Shown here: piece by piece, positions 11,801-18,918 of the stretch | Numbering within the stretch: the stretch's first letter is position 1 | Layout: each line of letters begins with the position of its first letter | DNA from: an uncultured bacterium | GTDB taxonomy: Bacteria > Omnitrophota > Omnitrophia > Omnitrophales > Aquincolibacteriaceae | DNA: 64,000 bases | Direction: 5' to 3' | Assembly (NCBI GenBank): GCA_964385615.1 | Contig: CAYLPP010000012.1 | Span: forward strand, 16,865 to 80,864 | Made by a program: the position numbers and the translations under genes | Notes under the pieces: generated by a model | Databases searched by the model: none | What the model was told of the DNA's origin: nothing | Seen by the model: only the letters and a program-made list of their open reading frames with translations

Positions 11801-14800
11801 ATTGATCCGGTCTTCCGTTCTGAGTTCGGAACGGGCCGGCAGCGCAATCACCTGAGACGCTGGATTCGCTTCCGACTCTGTACTGACTTCCGTCCCAGCC
11901 AAAATCAGCTGATCGCCGGACCGTTGGTAAAGATCCCAATCCACGACCGGTTTATCGAAAGCGTTTGTTCCAATATTGATGTTGTAAATCTCTCCGCCGT
12001 CACGAAGAGCGGTTCCCATCTGCTGGAGGGCTTTATTAATAGTTTCATCTGAAAAATAACTGACCCGGCCCCGGACCAGCAGGCCGGAGACACGCATAAA
12101 ATCGTATTGCTCCGGCAAAGGCAGAAAAATATCCTGGCGTTTAAACTCGAGAATGTCCGGATGCAGGCGGGCAAACTCTTCGGCTTCAGGGCTTAGCAGA
12201 CTCACATAAGGAAGCTTCTCTTTTCGAACACTATCCATTTTTCCAAAAATCCGGGTACCTGACTCAGCAAGCGCGTTCCAGGCGGTCGATCCCCGTTTCA
12301 CAATTCCGGATTTTTCGGTCACAATCTGAAGGAGTTCCCCTGAATCGCTAAAAAGATAAACCGCGAATTCTCCCTGCACCACATAAAAACCCAGAGTCCG
12401 GTCATAGCCGGTAATCTTGACGCCTTTATCCTGATAATGACGCGCCAGCTCCAGAGTGGTCACGCCTTCAGAAACCGCGAAATCGGCAATTTTTAATTTT
12501 TTATCTTTGTTTTCAGATTTCTCCATAAAACGGTCGAGCACCGCAAAGGTGCGGTCAAGCCTTCCCGGCCAGGTGCGTCTGTTGATAATATCCGCTTTTC
12601 CATCCGTTCCGCCTTCCCGAAAAATGACCGCCTGAAACTGAATTTGCCGGAGAATCTTCAGAAGGTCTTTTTGTTTTTTTCCTGAAAGTTTCGGATAAAG
12701 TTCTCGAAGGCGGGCGTAGGTCAATAAATTGCCGTTATAGGCGAAAATGGTCACTAAGAGTTCATATTCTTCAGAGTCCGCGTCCGCGGCCAGGAAAAAA
12801 GGAATTAAACTTTCGACATTCTGATTGTAAAGCTGTTCAGCCGCGCTCGCCATTTCCGAAAGCCGCGGTTTGGAAAATCTTTCAAGAGGAGATGTTCCTC
12901 TTAGCAATTCAGCTTCTTCACGCAAAAACTCGGGGAACGGCATCCGAAGCTCAGAACGAGCACCCTGGACTTTCTCGATTGAAATTTCAGGAAGACTTTC
13001 AGCCTGAGGAATCGTTCTTCTAAAATCGACGGGTCCTTCGTCCCAATTGATCAGCGCTTTAAAATTCAGGCCCGCGTAGAATTTCTCCGCGTCTTTACTT
13101 ACATTCTGAAGAATAAAGTTTTGAATTCCCTGCCGTTGAGCCAGCATCATAAGCGTGATCATCAAAGCCCGGCCGGCACCGCGGTATTGCCCGCGGACCG
13201 ATTCAGAAACATACAAAGCTTCCGAAAAAGCTGAGGCGATGCCATCTTCAGGCGCGTGCAGAAAAGAAAACGATTCCTGCATTTCAACCCGGTCGCGGTA
13301 AAAACGGGCGTGGGCAAAGCCCGCTTCCCGCGGGCCGGCTTCAGTCATTTGAAAAACTCTAAGCCGGTAACGCTTGAAGGTAATAACATCTTCTATCGAA
13401 AGCTGGAATTCGAAGACTGAACCATCATCCGCCGTAATGCTGAATTTTCCGCCGGTTTCAGGATCCAGAGAGTTCAGAATCTCAGCGCGCAGTTCAGAGC
13501 GCTTGGGATAAGTCAGGCCTTTCTGAACGCGGAAATTAAGAATCCTGCCTCCCTGGGGCTCGCGCTGACCGGGCGGAACATGAATATTAATGGAGTGAAG
13601 CGGGCCGGGTCTTTTAGTCTCACGGGTCAAATCGATTTTGATCAGCTTGGGTGAACGAAATAACGGAACCTGATGAGAAAATCTTTCAAAAGTTCCCGGC
13701 CTCTGCGCGTCTTCGTAAACAAACGTGATAATAACGGGCGGTTCCTGCTCAAAATCTTCTCCGGGATTCGGCGCCGCGGCCTCATTCCACAAGGCAATTT
13801 TAAATTCATCCATATCCCCCAACGGCCGGCCGTCTTCCCGGCTTAGAACAATATCCACCGGAGGAAGACCGAAACGGGTTGTAATCTGAAAACCGCTGGA
13901 AGGATCATGTTTAAACGGCACTGTATCAAAAAGAGGCGGCGTTAAAACCCGGACCGATGAATCAAACTTCTGAAGGTCTTCGTCGCCGAAATCATCCGTC
14001 AGGCTGACCGCAGGGTCCAGCACTTGAACGTTTACAGAGGGTTTGGGAAGATTTTTATTTCCCCCGCTTGAATCAAAATACCAGTATAAAACTCCGCCAA
14101 CCGCAAGCATTAACGATACAGCAAGAAGGAGAATTCCCCCAAAATTAAGGAACCTGGCTGAAACCACATCCGCCTGCTTCCGCGCGGAAGATTTCAGATT
14201 GGACTCTGCCAAAAGCAAATAGATCAGAAAGAGCCCTGAAAAAATCTTGCTGTTCTCCGGATCAATGGAAACTTCCGGAAGTGTGAGGGGCTGCTCCGCC
14301 TGCCCGCCGGACAAAGTAAAGTGAAACCGGACGCGCCCTTCTTCCGCGGTCAAATAAAACGGACTGGCTTGAGTTTCGTTTAACCCCAGTTCCCGGCGGA
14401 TCAATCCGTTTAATTTCTCCGCGAAATCTTCCGGGGAAGATCCTTTGATTTCCTCTCCCCCGTCATCATTTCCATCAAGCGGCTTCTTGCGCAATTCCAG
14501 TTTCAACTCGTCACCGGCCCACGCGCCCTTTTGAACAATCAACAAACGGTCCGGATCATATTGCAGGCTCCAAAGCGCGCCGTCGTGGTGCCCCATAACG
14601 CTGAATTTTTTCCATGCCGGATTGAGTTTCTTTAAAATCGAGTCGATTTCGGAGGCCGCCGTCCAGACAGGCTCCCAGTCTTTACGCTCCTTAAATATGG
14701 ACGTCTCCGATAAAACAGTAACGGCTCGGGCCAATTTCTCCTGATCCGCCTCACCCTGCATCCGCAATTCCGAACGGCGAAATTCAACGACAAGGAGTCC

Positions 14801-17614
14801 TGGTTTATCGCGGATATTAACCGCTTCAACTGAATCGACCGTAAATCCGTTTTGAGTCAAAAAAGCCCGGACTTCCTGTTCATCCTTGAACACCTGCCCC
14901 AGATGAGAGACAAGCGCGTCAATTTCCCGCGAAGGAACATTCAAAGCGATTCCCGCCTGTCTTAAAAAACCTTCGCCTGCCTCTTTTTCCTCAAACGGCG
15001 CGTAGCGGGAAACATAGTCAAAATATTCCTGATACATTTGCGCCAAAATACTATCGACGTCAGAACTGACCACGGTAAAAACAGGGTTCCACCGCTGTAT
15101 ATTCTGCTTCACAATAAACATCGCCTTTGCTCCCAGTTCAGCGGAATGAGGCTTCAAGCTTTTACTCATAGCGTCAAGATACGTTTGAGCGGTGCTTTCA
15201 TATTCATCCAAAGAAACCGCCCGATCTAAAAGGCGCCGGGTTAAGTTAAGAAATAAAATGCTCTGCCTAAGATCGTTAAACTGAAATTGACGGGAGGTAT
15301 CGATCGCAGAATTTTTAACATGAAATCCAAAAAGAAAACGGGCTCTGGGAGCGGCTAAACTTTTCAGCACTTCGAGAGTTTTTAAACGGTCCGTGTATTC
15401 AAAAGAATAAAGTCCGTAAATCAAATCCTGAGGGTCTTTCACGTCAAGTGAAGTCACCTCTTCAGCCGGTTTTACAATGACATTAAAACCCGGACGCATA
15501 ATGTTGCGTATCCGGCCCTTATCCAGCGAAGGTTCAATCACTGTGATCGGGTAATGCTGGTCTGAATCAAGCTCCTCTCTCAAATCCATAGAAACGGATA
15601 AATCTCCGTCGCCAACAGCCAGAATACGGGCCTGACCCCCGGCCAGAGAAACCAACCGCTTGACCATCGCCGTTTGTGAGATAACCGATACTTCATCCCG
15701 CGAGTCACGAGGCACTCCAACAAAATCATTAGTCAGCTCTCCCCAGGCCTGAATTAAACGATTTGAAGCCCGGAGTTCGGAGCGGGATTTAAGATCAAAC
15801 AGGTCCCGGGTTAGTATCGCCGCACCGCTGACACGAGGGATAATATTGGAAGATTTAAAGAGGTTGAGAACCTCAGGCGTGTTTAAACGATTTTGAGAAT
15901 CCAGAGTTTTCATTTTGAGAAGAAAATTTTCTATATTTTCTTTCCACTTTAGGCTGAAGCCGTCCGCAGACTCAGAACGAAAGACTTCGTCAAGATAACG
16001 GAGATACTGCCCCGCTTGTCCGGTTTTTTCTTCCGAAGCAAGATCGCGGATAATCTGATCCCGCCAAGTCTTCAGAAGTATGGGGTTTTCAGAGCCCGCC
16101 TTTAAAAGCTGATCCCGGAGAGCCCGGGTGAAACCCTCAGAAACCGACAGTTTGCCGTTTTCAGGCTTTAAATAACCTTTCCACGAAATCTCGCCGTTCA
16201 TCTGAGAGCGGTAAATGGAATCGTCGGGCATCGCGTTAATCGCGGGAATAACCGTGATATAAGAAATCCCGTTCTCCCGCAGCTGTTCCTTCAGTCCGGC
16301 GGTATGAAAACCGCCGGCAACCATCACGGCCTGATTTCGGCCGTTTTCACGCATCAGCCTCTGAAGATTCTTAAAGAAAGCGCGGTCACGCTGTTCCGCG
16401 TTTTGATAGAAAGCTGAGCTTGTTTCAAACCGCCCTTCTTTTTTAATCTTTTCCCAACCTTCACGGCTAAGTTCAAGGCGCACCGCTTTTTCCTGAAGGT
16501 CAAGCAGCTCACTCTCCCGGTCGAGCTTTCTTTCTTCGTTGTTGCGGAAAAGCTTTTCCTTCGCGTCACCCGCGTATTTTTCAAATTCGCGGAAAACCCG
16601 GGTTCCTTCCATTTCGCGCAGACGCGCTTCATGCCTGGCCTGACGCTGAAGTTCCGGTGAAAGCGAAAAAGGAATACTGTATTTTGAAGCTGTTTCTTTG
16701 AGATACATCAGAAAAGACCGGGCGGACAGCGTTGAGGTTTTAAAAGCCTGGAGGGATTCGTTGAATTTCCTCAGATCTTCCTCAGAGAATTTGTTCAAAA
16801 AGGAGGTGAAACTGTCAGAAATTTTTAACACCTTCGTTTCAAATGAGGCATCTGCCGGCATCTGGATTTCCTTGATGAGAGCTTCAAGATCTGATCCTTT
16901 TTCCGGCGGCAAGATAAGAGCGAGCTGTTCAAGTATCTGCGAAAAATTTTCTGCGTTTTCTGAAAACTTCCGCAGGGACTGGTCGAGATCAAAAAGTGGC
17001 TGAGAATAAATTTCCTTTTTCTTTTTTTCAAGGACTTCAGCGCGTGCGTGATTCTCTTTTGAAAGAACCGGTTCTTCAGCCATCGTCTGAGAGTAGAGAT
17101 TTAAGCCGTCTTCGTAAAGATTCCAGTCTTCAGCCCCGTGATAAACCGCGGGCGTGTTCCCCAAAAGAGCGGCCGCGGCTCCGCCGGGCAATTCCCCCTT
17201 TTCCATGAACGCTGAAAGAACTTTTTCAAGCTGACGCTTTTCCGGAAAATTTTTAAAAATCCGGGCATCCAGCTCTGAAGAAGCGCCTTCCAAAGCCACG
17301 ATTGAAATCCCGTAATTTTCTTCAAAATGGCTGATCAGATTCTGAATGTTCTTTTGCGCTTCCGGCACTGAGTGAGCGTCTTGAATAAGAACGACGGTCT
17401 GGCCGGACGAACCCTGGTAGGAATCTTCAATGCTTCCACTCTCGCCCGGAACTGAAACCTGTCCAATTTCCCCCGGAAACTTAGCTCCAGCAACTGAGGA
17501 AGGACCCGCCGGTGCCGCTATAGCTGGAAAAGGCTTCGCTCCCGTGAGCAGAAAGCTCAGAGACAAAGCTAGCGCGATTGTTTTATGTAAAAAATTTTTG
17601 ATTTTTTGAGGCAT
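2807..17614 (-). CDS. giant (4935 aa) secreted/membrane-associated multidomain protein. It has an N-terminal signal peptide and a TraB/GumN-like region, then several class-I SAM-methyltransferase-like modules, a GNAT-like module and an HprK-like P-loop module. Fifteen R-S-E-x-R linker motifs punctuate it.
   Basis: A single uninterrupted ORF of 14.8 kb. The N-terminus MPQKIKNFLHKTIALALSLSFLLTGAKPFPAIAAPA looks like a signal peptide. Motifs recognised by eye:
- TraB/GumN-like: VVLIQDAHS ... AVMVAGGFHTAGL.
- MTase motif I and post-I-like: ARILAVGDGD, KIADFAVSEGVTT...LRDGGEIY, ALVLGPGSGDY...PSGSYLIV, VDLVISVGLF...INRVLKPGGRALI.
- GNAT-like: YRGAGRALMITLMMLAQRQGIQNFILQNVSKDAEKFYAGLNF.
- HprK-like: LHAGLVQDSVTGKTGIIMAPSDTGKSTLAYYLSNRSGAPAFKILADDDE.
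- Hydrophobic TM stretch: FGGILLLAVSLMLAVGGVLYWYF.
Domain calls are from motif inspection only. Confidence 0.85.
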   Translation of the reverse strand: MPQKIKNFLHKTIALALSLSFLLTGAKPFPAIAAPAGPSSVAGAKFPGEIGQVSVPGESGSIEDSYQGSSGQTVVLIQDAHSVPEAQKNIQNLISHFEENYGISIVALEGASSELDARIFKNFPEKRQLEKVLSAFMEKGELPGGAAAALLGNTPAVYHGAEDWNLYEDGLNLYSQTMAEEPVLSKENHARAEVLEKKKKEIYSQPLFDLDQSLRKFSENAENFSQILEQLALILPPEKGSDLEALIKEIQMPADASFETKVLKISDSFTSFLNKFSEEDLRKFNESLQAFKTSTLSARSFLMYLKETASKYSIPFSLSPELQRQARHEARLREMEGTRVFREFEKYAGDAKEKLFRNNEERKLDRESELLDLQEKAVRLELSREGWEKIKKEGRFETSSAFYQNAEQRDRAFFKNLQRLMRENGRNQAVMVAGGFHTAGLKEQLRENGISYITVIPAINAMPDDSIYRSQMNGEISWKGYLKPENGKLSVSEGFTRALRDQLLKAGSENPILLKTWRDQIIRDLASEEKTGQAGQYLRYLDEVFRSESADGFSLKWKENIENFLLKMKTLDSQNRLNTPEVLNLFKSSNIIPRVSGAAILTRDLFDLKSRSELRASNRLIQAWGELTNDFVGVPRDSRDEVSVISQTAMVKRLVSLAGGQARILAVGDGDLSVSMDLREELDSDQHYPITVIEPSLDKGRIRNIMRPGFNVIVKPAEEVTSLDVKDPQDLIYGLYSFEYTDRLKTLEVLKSLAAPRARFLFGFHVKNSAIDTSRQFQFNDLRQSILFLNLTRRLLDRAVSLDEYESTAQTYLDAMSKSLKPHSAELGAKAMFIVKQNIQRWNPVFTVVSSDVDSILAQMYQEYFDYVSRYAPFEEKEAGEGFLRQAGIALNVPSREIDALVSHLGQVFKDEQEVRAFLTQNGFTVDSVEAVNIRDKPGLLVVEFRRSELRMQGEADQEKLARAVTVLSETSIFKERKDWEPVWTAASEIDSILKKLNPAWKKFSVMGHHDGALWSLQYDPDRLLIVQKGAWAGDELKLELRKKPLDGNDDGGEEIKGSSPEDFAEKLNGLIRRELGLNETQASPFYLTAEEGRVRFHFTLSGGQAEQPLTLPEVSIDPENSKIFSGLFLIYLLLAESNLKSSARKQADVVSARFLNFGGILLLAVSLMLAVGGVLYWYFDSSGGNKNLPKPSVNVQVLDPAVSLTDDFGDEDLQKFDSSVRVLTPPLFDTVPFKHDPSSGFQITTRFGLPPVDIVLSREDGRPLGDMDEFKIALWNEAAAPNPGEDFEQEPPVIITFVYEDAQRPGTFERFSHQVPLFRSPKLIKIDLTRETKRPGPLHSINIHVPPGQREPQGGRILNFRVQKGLTYPKRSELRAEILNSLDPETGGKFSITADDGSVFEFQLSIEDVITFKRYRLRVFQMTEAGPREAGFAHARFYRDRVEMQESFSFLHAPEDGIASAFSEALYVSESVRGQYRGAGRALMITLMMLAQRQGIQNFILQNVSKDAEKFYAGLNFKALINWDEGPVDFRRTIPQAESLPEISIEKVQGARSELRMPFPEFLREEAELLRGTSPLERFSKPRLSEMASAAEQLYNQNVESLIPFFLAADADSEEYELLVTIFAYNGNLLTYARLRELYPKLSGKKQKDLLKILRQIQFQAVIFREGGTDGKADIINRRTWPGRLDRTFAVLDRFMEKSENKDKKLKIADFAVSEGVTTLELARHYQDKGVKITGYDRTLGFYVVQGEFAVYLFSDSGELLQIVTEKSGIVKRGSTAWNALAESGTRIFGKMDSVRKEKLPYVSLLSPEAEEFARLHPDILEFKRQDIFLPLPEQYDFMRVSGLLVRGRVSYFSDETINKALQQMGTALRDGGEIYNINIGTNAFDKPVVDWDLYQRSGDQLILAGTEVSTESEANPASQVIALPARSELRTEDRINAGERDWIPEMKQLFQEEKFEPKKGVYLASGKDNETLSLMVSLFPGLETIYLVDPSYSELARISVGFSIDWLRSGDFEIENYWDFSFYKSWEETLKKGEDLTLTLKHRVTGREVKVVLVPKKYEEAEVQGDFSIVKNAGWGGDLAHETAFWNKILEATAEGGKVLVSQAAIYARAEPQASVAERKRILIPLGRIRKESWVSKERDPWDPVSGYEWAVFRKQASARSESRLVTQEKISAVIEEVAAHSGLTDFDDQTQQRLIEKLKSLKLEAGKTALVLGPGSGDYLPVVLEKLGLKTSVLEPDSEYLSFQVELHRGFGLDQEIPAYQSYSELKGKHYDYIFALAMMNPVYRSVEYSLYSNFAPAAVFPYLIQRMRDIFLTALKSISPSGSYLIVNDLGETLISAYKQAVPFIADRANLRFDLREDMNVDEFSIHTAYLKESRTGVVYFVSPRSEVRALNDSDQAVLVREYPKTEKSKGNEIALLVDGPEFSEEFKDLHVILVRSEMPTPYGYDEDQYFLLVFDRTSRELAAKASLAYRENGRDWEVLAPDLKSVITGKGYMQRAIKLLLRSGAVQRWYSANYRSADARKMYEAIGRSSDYSMSEVPGYGEDILALVTLAPGVRPTGEFSRFFKTPVPGGSSAEKLLHDLKRAKEILSAWDGERSGIFDTVKDEFLAGQFTRALNLLGDLAYYLRNHWEDHSLGVMGRPDEILDLIESSSTAIRVLSRSESRTLEPIDRRYGVRLDTGVYVYNDPAVISVLNTALKERQAGLSVIPAGDKAFQNVGTIFHQAGYENILFPQSSGWVVFINGRTLAGTSEKERQILLLSAAFYASLETLRPDEQDHILQYTNNLFQKFLDASRKNQMTVEAVIPTIQLASAMVVPHLTGLGALKEAEFARKGGEFVNRIVPAWKERYERFLSTWDEKKPFVDLEKENLADALAAKGVTEIQLEGQSQPISLSSETARQTLKQIQDLMREGRMHFEIDVTGTLANITMVRSELRADQSASPAITDFNGFPLGKAQVAVLKKYKVDWFLDVIGNGDNSLRKDPYSFDPNFPWFDGLARPEKPVYETIRSLMWQTVIKKAETEKDLEGVQELTRWQDRPVAILHAGLVQDSVTGKTGIIMAPSDTGKSTLAYYLSNRSGAPAFKILADDDENTYVMLNQQGQPVAVGNLLPETVVTKYKHIGEGPAAEKPLPVLEDDDVHPVEFVIFLDSSRALGDVKTHEGISGAAEESILDDAYVSVKGMKREAFLTSFAKIPVLTLGHQLPAGYSRELSDDETFSKDAKTVGEWVSKFPARSEARMNSSIHMAHFQLTAKQIERKLGISVDELLSGKIVDIGLETDSEGLFAPDILTPMNLVTELRKQGKDIVGLDPNAPAEPAGFYVKGVAQKMPFEDSSVDLVISVGLFDPAYWYQIIDKPVMAYYETALEINRVLKPGGRALIIPYSRIDDEFFRAFRTISFEVAPIDEKVGEYLFTKPARSEVRSDKSISSSSLQITAQDFSEIDDLYGWVEQNTGENDKILVLPFWLFQGAIADKATFRQTMVAQLLPLHWKMPPGGPYKVFIGKKFSEGQTIYSFLISEISLGQEKHPASPSGTTLVLHNTNIRYLPTILQHGLYAMPLRYIFHNGNIKPPSDGVTLYFDLPNNWLVSETGLDYALSAENDQLGASISDEAAAIAPLGFKGLKVAEEAGFLRRIDMSRLNIDATQSDLKERYSRGDINESAFLELSEMLEKLKRNNESPAASERNSALRSEMRARTEEEWRTYLTKLVAKLEKGQAPTPENVAAVSNGELDAAAIRGAMSHHKISRSSVGMVRERIIQRSREEWVVYLRGLAQGLDPKLRRTVANVARASGLTSRQIRKAIRDHNIPYSEIGIEQGGLGRPRNDARSEIRVDYSKLINSVNRQWNSLDGKGYFRIARQIYENLSDNGKRLYFHNYDSRAAIFESVHGTGFESEEDYHSELSDADYAQLVLEGLALLVLDGPLNAREQAEQYKNAGQIVLLDQLNAKQFAALELILTKFGKKFPQNNKLTLSELFSMAFSYFHGDDAVSDYIDFSRRFRYAPGEYAYTLTAFSLLAAAFHVQGSLEFHSWLDNEDVEAFSPDVLWVIAQLSKDQLAEVTKENQGSVRKLLKISLLKVIFSLSPVLAGPGKKRFTGELAKTRRELAGQPYFDELEAAIQANAGKLYEWHQDLSREYAAGLPFLLAFQWDFFSGYYSRNSRETSVQRSLSLMELIQAADQPGIQPALENTPIGAVSDNAPVKFWNGIKKTRTRKVMHDWEKLGNFLNSFTRSEVRAAPEETRILEQFLLNVSFAREIIDQTVPENLREAAMAVYVLEQLATAKRVSAVSEPINFKPDVQTYLIRLLKKEGILKDGYADRTADALPAMRVKQTSAPATLKTQSIRGIAVEYFPEAKASVLVPSVVRVVNEVNQRYLTSDAQIAEYRKQLSNLTASGNFKVSNFPANPAVLRNRFISRDRLEKYVKVRDFLKTKGYQGRVVNPLGGGDIETASYLTDSSYYRIFDALPFEGTLDEKTLRLLREVYQSEKAALGYNSTLVLGAIGFAKAPLLWELEAMGVDMGKVKITKDAAADRYFIDYEWSYDGNSAPTPRRIEYNQREFEAGETAPEGVFNPEDGIYLSKANLDGGIFKNEELPAVVVSFQDAYRVGYRKYSIKDILGIQPQANSGSSYAQIEAGAVLVKDQVSEDDAWGDLRTELSARSEVRIAPKADAVKLVAEALAPGNESRAVAVQIDESVIADLIAQYRKNKEALRLKMLAQADVSRFDAVQAVMNDLDSGLDQISGAVSRKFAVGLVLPDGKIDDHFLAGFLSGLDKGVVGELLKDGRVPEVFRKGLSDLAIQVRDVHVEKTNAIQSEQAEVPAAFLGSKIAINEMFLPLFLNPADLEALQRKNPEAARWIGKVVSRALIHMADLSQDENYRGKPQEIRDELLRRLNLFERDFQSLITLTQSGGRLAFGVNTALAEALFEEKVSRVIGSAA

Positions 17615-17892
17615 AAGGATATCTTTAGGCTTTTAAAAAGATGCTCAAAAGATACCACACGTATAGGAGGATTCCAAGTTAGAGGCTGTATAGGAGAAAA
17701 GAGAGGTGTCTTTAACTAACAATAACTAGCATAAACTTCTCAGCAAGCTTACTCGCAGAAGCAAAGCTGCCTTCGCCGGAGAAAGTCTTCTTTAAACTTT
17801 CCCGGTGAAACCGGCTATTCACTAGATCAGCTGCCGCACCGTAGGCAGTCTTCCTTGTACTGCCGCGGTGCAGTAGCTTTGCATGAGCAAAG

Positions 17893-17963
17893 CTGCCCGG
17901 CCTGGACTCGAACCAGGAATCATGCCTCCAAAGGGCAGTGTGATACCATTTCACCACCGGGCA
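17893..17963 (-). tRNA. tRNA-Gln (anticodon UUG)
   Basis: The reverse complement folds as a cloverleaf:
- acceptor stem UGCCCGG/CCGGGCA with discriminator G;
- D-stem GUGA/UCAC with loop AAUGGUA;
- anticodon loop CUUUGGA (UUG);
- T-arm CCUGG-UUCGAGU-CCAGG.
It is 71 nt with no encoded CCA. The ORF-track entries overlapping it (17712-18056, 17883-18131) are spurious. Confidence 0.75.
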
Positions 17964-17970
17964 GTAAAAA

Positions 17971-18849
17971 TCAGTACGTCGAACAAACGAAAATTTTATT
18001 CTTCGGAAATTCCCGGCGCAGTTCTTGAGCCGTTTTCCGGGCTGCTTTCGAATCAAAAAAAACTGAGAAAAGCGTGGGTCCGCTCCCAGTCATCCGGCTC
18101 GCGGGAATCCCCTTCTCATGCATTCCCTTAAGCTGTTTTCCTAACTCTGGCCTGAGCTTAAAAGCTGGCGCCTCGAGGTCATTTTCAAGCAAGCCCGCAA
18201 CTTTGTCCGCTTGCCTTCTTTCAAGAGAAGCGCAAAGGAGTCTAACGGTGTGATTTATTCTTGTCAAGGAAACGGCCGGGAGCGCGCGCGGCAGACTGCG
18301 GTAAACCTCAGGAGTTGAAAGTCCCTTATCCGAAACAACTAAGACGAACCAGAGTTTTACGCGGCCGGGAATTTTACAAAGAATATCCCCCACTCCGCGG
18401 CCGACCGCCTGTTTTTCCCCCATCATAAAAAAGGCAACATCCGCACCGAGCAGGCTTCCAAGTTTTAAAAATTTTTCGTCCGAAATTTTCAAGCGGTAAA
18501 GCTCTTTCATCCCCAATAAAAAGGCGGCGGCGTTTCCAGAACCCCCGCCCAGCCCCGCGCCCATGGGAATTTTTTTTGTCAGCTGAACGCGGACTCCGCC
18601 CAATCCAGGAAACTCTTTTCGCAAAAGACGATAGGCTTTAACAATTAAGTTATCTTCACCGCAGGATAACTTTTGTTTTAAACCGGAAATCTTGCAGGTT
18701 AGCTTAATGCCCGAGGGACGCCGGCTGAGAACAAGCGTGTCTGAAAGCGAAATGCGGTGAAACAGCGTAACCAGCTTGTGATAACCATCCGGCCGGCGGC
18801 CGGTGACTTTGAGATAGAGATTCAGCTTGGCGGGACTTTTAATCTTCAT
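17971..18849 (-). CDS. ispE: 4-(cytidine 5'-diphospho)-2-C-methyl-D-erythritol kinase
   Basis: N-terminus MKIKSPAKLNLYLKVTGRRPDGYH and GHMP-kinase motif PMGAGLGGGSGNAAA, 292 aa. Confidence 0.9.
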   Translation of the reverse strand: MKIKSPAKLNLYLKVTGRRPDGYHKLVTLFHRISLSDTLVLSRRPSGIKLTCKISGLKQKLSCGEDNLIVKAYRLLRKEFPGLGGVRVQLTKKIPMGAGLGGGSGNAAAFLLGMKELYRLKISDEKFLKLGSLLGADVAFFMMGEKQAVGRGVGDILCKIPGRVKLWFVLVVSDKGLSTPEVYRSLPRALPAVSLTRINHTVRLLCASLERRQADKVAGLLENDLEAPAFKLRPELGKQLKGMHEKGIPASRMTGSGPTLFSVFFDSKAARKTAQELRREFPKNKIFVCSTY

Positions 18850-18871
18850 GGAGCCTATATGAAAGAAAGAA

Positions 18872-18905
18872 GGCCGGAACCTTTTGACGGGTTCCGGCCT
18901 TTTTT
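18872..18905. terminator. intrinsic-terminator-like hairpin between the bS22-like ORF and ispE
   Basis: GGCCGGAAC-CTTTTGACG-GTTCCGGCC (9-bp GC-rich stem) is followed by TTTTTT on the plus strand, with UUCUUUCUUUC on the minus strand. The signature is bidirectional. Confidence 0.5.
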
Positions 18906-18918
18906 AGATCTGGTGAAA

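Noticed and set aside
3002-17325. Numerous 60-140-aa plus-strand ORFs inside the giant gene (e.g. 8006-8407, 8906-9328, 10651-11025)
   Set aside because: They are antisense to a long conserved reading frame, have no recognisable motifs and are low-complexity. They are expected artefacts of a 14.8-kb GC-balanced ORF.
17712-18131. ORFs 17712-18056 (-) and 17883-18131 (+)
   Set aside because: They overlap a well-formed tRNA-Gln and the ispE 3' end. Composition is not protein-like.
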